From the NCBI GenBank assembly GCA_049840575.1, contig JASGKV010000020.1:121705-185704 (forward strand): a DNA stretch of 64,000 bases, given 5' to 3'. Both the position numbers and the translations under genes were made by a program. The notes beneath the pieces are model-generated. The model was not told the origin of the DNA and did not search any database. It saw nothing but the letters and a program-made list of their open reading frames with translations. The stretch is from Pirellulales bacterium (GTDB lineage Bacteria; Planctomycetota; Planctomycetia; Pirellulales; JALHPA01). Below are positions 56,301 to 64,000 of this stretch, piece by piece (the first letter of the stretch is position 1; each line of letters starts with the position of its first letter).

Positions 56301-57821
56301 GTCGGTCGAGCGAAGGAATTCGATTTTTTCGATCTCAGGCGGGTTTGCATGATTGAGCTTCATCCGGAAAAAGCCCTGGCGGAACGCGCCTTGGGCTTCG
56401 CCGTTGGCCAGCACCGGCTTGCTGCTGTTGTAGCCCTGCATCGCCCAGACCCAGTTGTCGGGCCCGTATTGAAAATTGCTGACGCCGCCGTGCGTGTCGC
56501 CGGCCGCCCAGCCGGTGACCAGCACTTTCTTGAGATCGGCCTTGCCGTCGCCGTCGGTATCTTTCAGGAACAACGTCTCGGTCGCGTTCTGCACCAAGCA
56601 GCCGCCGCGAATCGGCAAGATGGCGGTCGGAATCGAGAGGCCTTCGGCGAAGACGGTGAACGCGTCGGCCACGCCGTCGCCGTTGGTGTCCTCGCACACG
56701 CGGATGCGGTCGCGACCTTGACCCGGCTGTTGGAGTTCGTTGGGATAATCCAACGTCTCGCACAGCCAGAGTCGGCCGCGCTCGTCCCAATTCATCGCGA
56801 TCGGTTTGTTCAAGAAATCCTTTTCGCTGGCGAACAACCGCAGCTCGAAGCCTTCGGGCGTTTGGTAGTGCTTCAGCGATTCTTCGGGCGACAACGGGCG
56901 TTGCATCTTCGTGGCCGGTTCGCCTTTGACGCCCCACTTGTCGCTCTTTTCGTAGATCGGAATTTTCGGTCCGACGTCGTCGTATTCGAACGGTTTCACA
57001 TCGGTCCGATGCGCGGTCATCTTGGGAACGTCGAACGGTTTTTTCTCGGCGTACGCCGGCACGACGCTCACGTCGCGTCCGCACGCCCAGCGAATGCCGC
57101 GTTCGACCAAATTCGCATAACCCGGGTTGCCGAAGGTCCGTTCGTCGTGCCCCCAGGCGGTATAGAAGACGCGGCCTTTCCCCTGCGTGCGAACCCACGT
57201 CCACGGCTCGGACTTTTGGCCCTTGGCTTGGCCCCCTTGTTCGCGGACTTCCAGCACGGTGCGGTCCTTCTCGTTGTGCTTCGTATGGACGTACGTTTCG
57301 TCCCAGCTCGAGAACCCGCCGTAACCCTGCATGATCGGGTGCGTCGGCGCGACGGTCTTCACATCGAAGATTTCGCCGCCGTGCGACTTGAATTGGCCGC
57401 CGACCAACGCGATGAACTTTTCGGAATTTTGAAAACAGAACGACGCGCAATGCAGCGGGATGAACCCCTTGCCGTTCTCGACATAGTTCAACAGCGCGGC
57501 TTCTTGGGCCGGTTCGATCTTGTCGGTGTTGGCGTACAGAATCAGCCCGTCGTAACCGGCCAGCGTCGTGTCGTTCAGATCGTTCGCGTTCTCGCTGTAG
57601 ACAATCGTCACGCCGCGCGGCGCAAGGGCGGTTTGTAGTTGCTTCCACCGCGCCTCGGGCTTGTGATGCCCCTTGTCGCCGAGAAACAGAATTTGCAGCG
57701 GCTTCTCTTTGTCCGCTTTACCTGTTGAGGTATCGGCGGCCATCAGACAGGGCGAACTCAACAACGCGACGCACGCGAGCGCGAGCAACGCGGCGGCGAA
57801 CGGACGCAGAGCGGACGGCAT
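53358..57821 (-). CDS. PVC-type heme-binding CxxCH protein with N-terminal ThuA-like domain
   Basis: ILFLGDKGHH...GRVFYTAWGHD; PIAMNWDERGRLW...DTHGGVSN...NNTWG; CAKCHRH...IGPDL...SLMPEGFE; intact ORF. Confidence 0.9.
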   Translation of the reverse strand: MPSALRPFAAALLALACVALLSSPCLMAADTSTGKADKEKPLQILFLGDKGHHKPEARWKQLQTALAPRGVTIVYSENANDLNDTTLAGYDGLILYANTDKIEPAQEAALLNYVENGKGFIPLHCASFCFQNSEKFIALVGGQFKSHGGEIFDVKTVAPTHPIMQGYGGFSSWDETYVHTKHNEKDRTVLEVREQGGQAKGQKSEPWTWVRTQGKGRVFYTAWGHDERTFGNPGYANLVERGIRWACGRDVSVVPAYAEKKPFDVPKMTAHRTDVKPFEYDDVGPKIPIYEKSDKWGVKGEPATKMQRPLSPEESLKHYQTPEGFELRLFASEKDFLNKPIAMNWDERGRLWLCETLDYPNELQQPGQGRDRIRVCEDTNGDGVADAFTVFAEGLSIPTAILPIRGGCLVQNATETLFLKDTDGDGKADLKKVLVTGWAAGDTHGGVSNFQYGPDNWVWAMQGYNSSKPVLANGEAQGAFRQGFFRMKLNHANPPEIEKIEFLRSTDNNTWGLGFSEEGYVFGSTANRNPSVYLPIPNRYYEAVRGWTPELLAPRMAPNHYFAKPGTDKIRQVDQFDGYTAGAGHAVYTARNYPQQYWNRLAFVCEPTAHIVGAFVIDADGAGFKSHTPFNIVQSDDEWAAPIMAEVGPDGNLWILDWYNFIVQHNPTPAGFKTGKGNAYESDLRDKRHGRIYRLLYTGDEKAVNGKPRETTALTTHDLSKATTAQLVEGLKSDNRFWRLQAQRLLVEKADPASIEPLSKLAMDRTANEYAVVHALQTLEGLDGAAGTRVAWKDQREVIDAAAKNPSPAVRVAVARMHPRYAEFADTLETMEDAEPQVKLAKYLGLFGYGNAPISGILRRELRDPVVMQDRQLRDALTCLATRSPIDFAQMGNSHDDKLNPAIVQIASIVAEHFAREKPNHHATFSMFETVALSKGAFLDAMIAGFARGWPKGYQLSLSEDDEGVLNTYADALNGQAQANFIALARAIGSREMDKRIAALAEGWRKTLADAKAKSEDRIRAANDLATQSPDDAKTVEALLAPLTNLAPPDLVAGLLDALAKSTAPNLGKELLVKLPQLSPAGKDGVMRLLLKRPATTGELLDALDKGELQASDLKLDQQTALRAHPDRRIAARAQKILAKSGGIPDADREKVIVSYHAASDHKGDAAKGKLLFTANCAKCHRHSGEGNTIGPDLTGMNVHPKHELLTQILDPSRSVESNFRQYTVETTDGRVLTGLLAAESRTAIELIDAEAKKIALPRDEIDTLTAGKKSLMPEGFEKTLSVEQMTDLLEFLAQRGKYVPLPLAKAATVVSTDGMFYDKANKTESLNFRDWSPRTFQGVPFLLVDPRDGKQNNVVLLNGPQGAIPPTMPKSVTVPCAGPAKALHILGGVAGWASPGGRKGSVSMIVRLHYADGKTEDHEWKNGEEIADYIRRVDVPNSTFAFDVGGRQVRYVKVEPKRAESIKEIELVKGRDDTAPIVVAVTAESP

Positions 57822-58082
57822 ACTGGACTCGAATGTTCGAGGTTCGATCAAAACCGCACGCGTCGCCCAGGCGGGAAAGAGGCGACCGTCACGGCGTTCC
57901 CAAGAGACTCCCACCTCTCAGACTAGCATCGCCGATTTCCGGCTCAAGGAGAATTCACGCGAGGACGTTAAGTTTTTTAACGGAACGCTTTTCTTCGTAA
58001 TCGCCCCCTGCTTAAGATGAAATTCAGGAAAATGTCCGCGGCGACGTCAGCCCAATCCGGAATCCGCTTTAAGATTTTCCGC

Positions 58083-59239
58083 ATGACCGCTCGCAAGTCC
58101 GTCGCGCTGTTGATCGAAACGTCGAACGGCTATGCCCGGGGGCTGGCCGCCGGCGTGATCGATTACGTGCGCACGCACGATTCGTGGTCGATCTATCTGC
58201 CCGAGCAACAACGGGGGGCGGCGCCGCCGGCGTGGTTGGCGCATTGGCGCGGCGACGGCGTGATCCGCGGATCGAAACGCCGGCCATCGCGACGATGGTC
58301 GAGAAGCTGGGCTTGCCCACCGTCGATCTGAGCGCGGCCCGCTTGCTGCCCGCGTTGCCTTGGGTCGAGACCGACGACGCGGCCATCGCGCGGACCGCGG
58401 TGCAACACCTGCGCGAGCGCGGCTTTCGTCGCTTGGCCTTCTGCGGCGAACCGCGATTCAATTGGTCGCGGTTGCGCGGCGAACACTTCGTCCGCTGCGC
58501 CGCCGAACACGATTGCACGGTCGACGTGTTCGAGATGCGCGGGCCCGGCGAACCGCGCTACTCGTGGACGCGCGAACGCGAACGCCTGCTGGCGTGGATC
58601 ACCGGACTGGAAAAGCCGGTCGGCATCTTCGCCTGTTACGACATCCTGGGCCAACGCATTTTGGACGTCTGCCGCGACGCCGACACCGCCGTGCCCGAGC
58701 AGGTCGCCGTGTTGGGCGTCGACAACGACGATCTGATTTGCTCGTCGTGCGGTCCGCCGTTGTCCAGCGTGATCACCGACGCGCGCCGCACCGGCTACGA
58801 AGCGGCCCGGCTGTTGGACGAACGCCTGCACGGCGTCGCCGACGGTCAGAACGCGTGCCTGCTGATTCCGCCGATCGGCGTCGCCGCGCGGCAATCGACC
58901 GATCTCGTGGCGATCGACGATCCGCACGTGGCGTTGGCGTTGCGGTTGATTCGCGAACAAGCCGCCGGCGGCGCCAAGGTGGCCGACATCGTGCGCGGCG
59001 TGCCTCTCTCGCGCCGCGCGTTGGAGGCCCGCTTCCGCACGGCGACCGGCCGCACGCCGCACGATTATCTGTTGGGCTATCGCCTGGAACGGGCGCGGCA
59101 ATTGTTGCGCGAGACGGAATTCACGCTGGACCTGATCGCCCGCCGCTCGGGTTTCGGCTGCGCCGAATACCTGGCCGCCGTCTTCCGCCGAGAAACCGGC
59201 GCAACCCCGGGCGAGTATCGGAGGAAGAGCCAGGGGTGA
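58083..59239 (+). CDS. XylR-type (periplasmic-binding-like sensor + AraC HTH) transcriptional regulator, frameshifted
   Basis: VALLIETSNGYARG; VPEQVAVLGVDND...PPLSSV; LSRRALEARF...SGFGCAEYLAAVFRRETGATPGEYR. Confidence 0.9.
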
Positions 59240-59317
59240 GGAGACTCCGCTCCCACTCCCCGGTGACGTCGATCCGGGGAGAGCGGCGTCTGCGTAAAGA
59301 ACAGGGACCATGTGGGC

Positions 59318-61045
<1,728 letters not shown>

Positions 61046-61126
61046 GGATCGGGCCTCGTCGCGGGGATGTCGTTATGAACGACGCCGAGAGCGAGGGAAG
61101 GAGGAAGTTTTCAGGAGAAAATGGGA

Positions 61127-61244
61127 CACGGATCGGACGGATTTGGACGGATCGACACGGAGCTTTATGAGACGGATAGATCACACAAATAGCCGATAAT
61201 GATTTCCGGATCGGTGATAATCCGTTTCATCCGTCGAATCCGTG
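61127..61244. repeat. ACGGAT/ATCCGT short-period inverted repeat cluster
   Basis: CACGGATCGGACGGATTTGGACGGATCGACACGG and ATCCGTTTCATCCGTCGAATCCGTG. Confidence 0.55.
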
Positions 61245-61263
61245 ATCCATCTCTCCGCAACGG

Positions 61264-61422
61264 CTACGACGGCTTCGTTTTGGCTTGCTCTTTGGCGATG
61301 TCGGCTTCGAGTTGGGCCAACAGCGTGGCGCGACGCGCGGCGAACAGTTTCAAAAACGCCATCACGGCCACGTAGGCGGCCACGGCGTAAATCACGTAAT
61401 CGGCGGTCGTCCAATCCGGCAT
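61264..61422 (-). CDS. Small single-TM hypothetical protein upstream of miaB
   Basis: AAAGGG SD; MPDWTTADYVIYAVAAYVAVMAFLKLFAARRATLLAQLEADIAKEQAKTKPS. Confidence 0.65.
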   Translation of the reverse strand: MPDWTTADYVIYAVAAYVAVMAFLKLFAARRATLLAQLEADIAKEQAKTKPS

Positions 61423-61793
61423 CGGTCGCCCTTTCGTCCATGAGCGGGAATCGGCGTCGGCGGTTCGTCGGTCCCCGGGCGGACCAGCCCGGCACGGTTC
61501 CGGCGACGGCGAATCCCGCAATTCTAGCCGAAACGCCTGCGCGACGGAATGTCGGCCGGAGCAAAGAAAAACGACCGCTCCGGGGCGATTTCGCGAAAAT
61601 TCGGGCTATCCCGGGAACCCCCCTTGACTTAAACGGTACATATGTATACTATTAGTAGTGTCGCGAAGATGGGCCGACTCGCACGTTTCATCACGAATCA
61701 TCGGCAGCATGGGCGTGGCGATTCCCGGCATCAAACGCTCCGTCTTGCGGATCGCAACCGGGGCGCTCGGCTTCCGTCGAACTTTTCGACACT

Positions 61794-62123
61794 GAGCGGA
61801 GGGCGCGAGCCCCCTGAGTATTCGGGACGCGTCGCTCGCAGAAAATGCTCAGGGGGCTTGCGCCCCCCCGCTCGGAAAAAGAAAAAATACTCGCGGACGA
61901 AGTGAGCGTAACGCTCGTAACGCTCGCACAGTGAATCTGGGGCGAATGGCGGGACGGCGCAAACCGAAGGCTGACGCCATCGGCTCGATCCAGAAAGAAA
62001 AAAACCGTGCTCGAAACGATCGTTTCGCTCGTAACGCTCGCGCAGTGAAGATAGGTAAAATGTCGATCGAGGCTTGTTGGACTTCCTTTGCTCGGCTCGT
62101 TCGCGAGTACCACTCGCGGCTTT
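61794..62123. repeat. Composite intergenic repeat, copy 2
   Basis: GAGCGGAGGGCGCGAGCCCCCTGAG...CTCAGGGGGCTTGCGCCCCCCCGCTCGGAAAAAG; CGAAACGATCGTTTCGCTCGTAACGCTCGCGCAGTGAAGATAGG; CGCGAGTACCACTCGCGGCTTT. Confidence 0.75.
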
Positions 62124-62131
62124 CCTCTGTA

Positions 62132-62168
62132 CTGAAAACTGAATCCTGAAAACTGAAAACTGAAAACT
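62132..62168. repeat. Heptamer tandem repeat (CTGAAAA)x5
   Basis: CTGAAAA CTGAATC CTGAAAA CTGAAAA CTGAAAA CT. Confidence 0.8.
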
Positions 62169-62188
62169 CCTCAAGGAGATAGCACATC

Positions 62189-62606
62189 ATGGCCGCGATC
62201 GTCAGTTTGTACTTGGGCGAACTCCGCTCCGAGATCCTGCACGGCCCCAGCGACGTTCGCGTGCCGATCGACTTGCCCAAGTCGCTCGGCGGCGGAGAAA
62301 GCTGCGCCCTCGCCGACGGATTTGCTGGCCGGCGCACTGGGAACCTGCCTGCTGTCGACGCTGGGGCTGATCGCCCGGCGACGGTCGTGGGATCTTGCCG
62401 GCGCCCGAGCGGAGGTCGTCAAAGAGACCGACGACGCCGCCAATCGAATTTCGGCTCTGCGGACGACGATCCGCATCCCCGGCGGCGGACGCTTTTCGCC
62501 GGACGATCGAGCGAAACTCGAACGGGCGACCGGAGCTTGCACCGTGCACCGCAGCTTGCATCCCGACATCGACGCGCCGGTGACGTTCGTGTGGGAGGAA
62601 GTGTGA
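62189..62606 (+). CDS. OsmC family protein, frameshifted
   Basis: AAGGAG SD; YLGELRSEILHGPS...DLPKSLGGG; DLLAGALGTCLLST...LERATGACTVHRSLHPDI. Confidence 0.85.
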
Positions 62607-62881
62607 ACGGTCGCGGGTGAATCTCGATGTTCGACGGTTCATGCTGTTTTGAGAAGCGTTGTTCTCCGCTTTGGACGTTTGATAGCGGATCCGTACGTAC
62701 GGTTGGATCAGAACGGCGATAAGCTCGGCAAGATCGGGGGTTCTTAGCGGATTTACTTGAAATGGCGAATCTTCGCGTGGTATCGATCCGAAGGATTGTT
62801 AGGAGCGAGGTGCGTGACGCCCTCGGTGGTTTTTGAGGCGTGCGAACGCCTCGTCGGGCGGAGTTCGTTCGGAGAGATTCC

Positions 62882-64000
62882 ATGCGGAAGCGTTTCATCG
62901 GACTATGTGCGTTCGTGTTGCCGGCGTTGTGCCTGGGCGGCTCGCTCGTGGCGCAGACGTTGCCGAAACCCTATGTGGAATACGGCAACGGACCGAACGG
63001 CGACGGCCCCGCCGGGCCGGACGGCGGCGCGGCGTGCGCGTGCAACAACCCCGGCGGCGTGACGTTCACCGCGGTGGCGCCGCAATTCGCGCCGAACAAC
63101 CTAAGCGCGCCGAACGGGCCGGCGACGGGCGTCGGATTCGGCGCGACCAATCCGGCCTTCGCCGGCGCGAACGCGACGCAAGCCGGCGGCGCGGCCGCCG
63201 CGCCGTCGGTCGCCAACGGCACGGTCACGCGAGCCGGTATGGTCGAAAACAAATGGCTGGGCGACGGGCAGTTGATGTCGCAGTGCGCTCCGCCCCGCGT
63301 GGATACGGTCTTCTTATCCGAAGACTGCCGCTGCGTGGATCCGGACTTTTGCCCGAAGCCGCCGCCGGCGTTCCCGCCGATCTCGGTCGAACTCGACGTG
63401 TTGGCGATGCGCCGCACGCAGCCCGACTATGCGATCCTGAACGACACGTTGGGCTTTACGCAAACCGGCGTGAACGACATCGACTTCGCCGCCGGACCGC
63501 GCGTCCGCGTCGACCTGCGGGGGATCGATCAGTACGACGTCGAAGGGGTCTTCTATCGCATCGATAGTTGGGACGGCTCCGAAACGTATACGACCGGCGT
63601 CGGCGCGGGAACGGGCCGCGCGGATTTCGACTCGAAGTTGTTCAGCGGCGAGTTGAACCTGCGGCGCACTTGGCCCGAACGCCAATGGCTGACCGGGATG
63701 GTCGGCATGCGTTACTTGGAAGAGACGGATCGGATCTTTTACAATTCGCCCATTCCGGTCGGCAACACGTTCAGCAGCCTGACGGGTCGGAACAAGTTGT
63801 ACGGCGGACACGTGGGGCTGGACGTCTTGTTGTGGCAACCGACCGAGACGTTCGCCATCAGCGCGTTCGGCAAAGGGGGCGTGTTCTTCAACACCGCCGC
63901 GCACGTCCGCACCACGCGGTTGGCGAACGGCACGTTGGTGAACGCCGTGGACAATTTCGATCCGACGTCGTTCCTCGGCGAAACGGCGTTGGCGGCCACG
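62882..64000 (+). CDS. Planctomycete outer-membrane beta-barrel protein (BBP7-like), runs off the window
   Basis: GGAGAG SD; MRKRFIGLCAFVLPALCLGGSLVAQ; Pro/Gly/Cys-rich linker; then FDSKLFSGELNLRR...MVGMRY...NKLYGGHVG...AFGKGGVFFN. Confidence 0.7.
   Translation, partial: MRKRFIGLCAFVLPALCLGGSLVAQTLPKPYVEYGNGPNGDGPAGPDGGAACACNNPGGVTFTAVAPQFAPNNLSAPNGPATGVGFGATNPAFAGANATQAGGAAAAPSVANGTVTRAGMVENKWLGDGQLMSQCAPPRVDTVFLSEDCRCVDPDFCPKPPPAFPPISVELDVLAMRRTQPDYAILNDTLGFTQTGVNDIDFAAGPRVRVDLRGIDQYDVEGVFYRIDSWDGSETYTTGVGAGTGRADFDSKLFSGELNLRRTWPERQWLTGMVGMRYLEETDRIFYNSPIPVGNTFSSLTGRNKLYGGHVGLDVLLWQPTETFAISAFGKGGVFFNTAAHVRTTRLANGTLVNAVDNFDPTSFLGETALAAT

Overview
GC-rich bacterial chromosomal segment, very probably Planctomycetota (DUF1559 prepilin-type protein, two PVC-type heme-binding CxxCH proteins, paired arylsulfatases, BBP7-like porin, PEP-CTERM beta-strand-repeat giants). 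Many ordinary genes are split by single-base indels, which looks like uncorrected long-read error rather than pseudogenisation, so several CDS bounds are approximate. A perfect parS site at 10982 suggests an origin-proximal location. The standout feature is a minus-strand array of 11 CCA-less, atypical tRNA genes (29869-31068: Phe, Glu, Ala, Ser x2, Asp, Leu x2, Arg x2, Tyr). It is preceded by an ECF-type promoter, a 33-codon leader ORF and an intrinsic terminator with an alternative antiterminator pairing that overlaps the leader stop codon. 30 of the 32 post-ATG leader codons lie in codon boxes read by the array's own tRNAs, and all 11 tRNAs are represented. This suggests a ribosome-dependent attenuator that switches on a backup tRNA set when decoding of those same codons fails.
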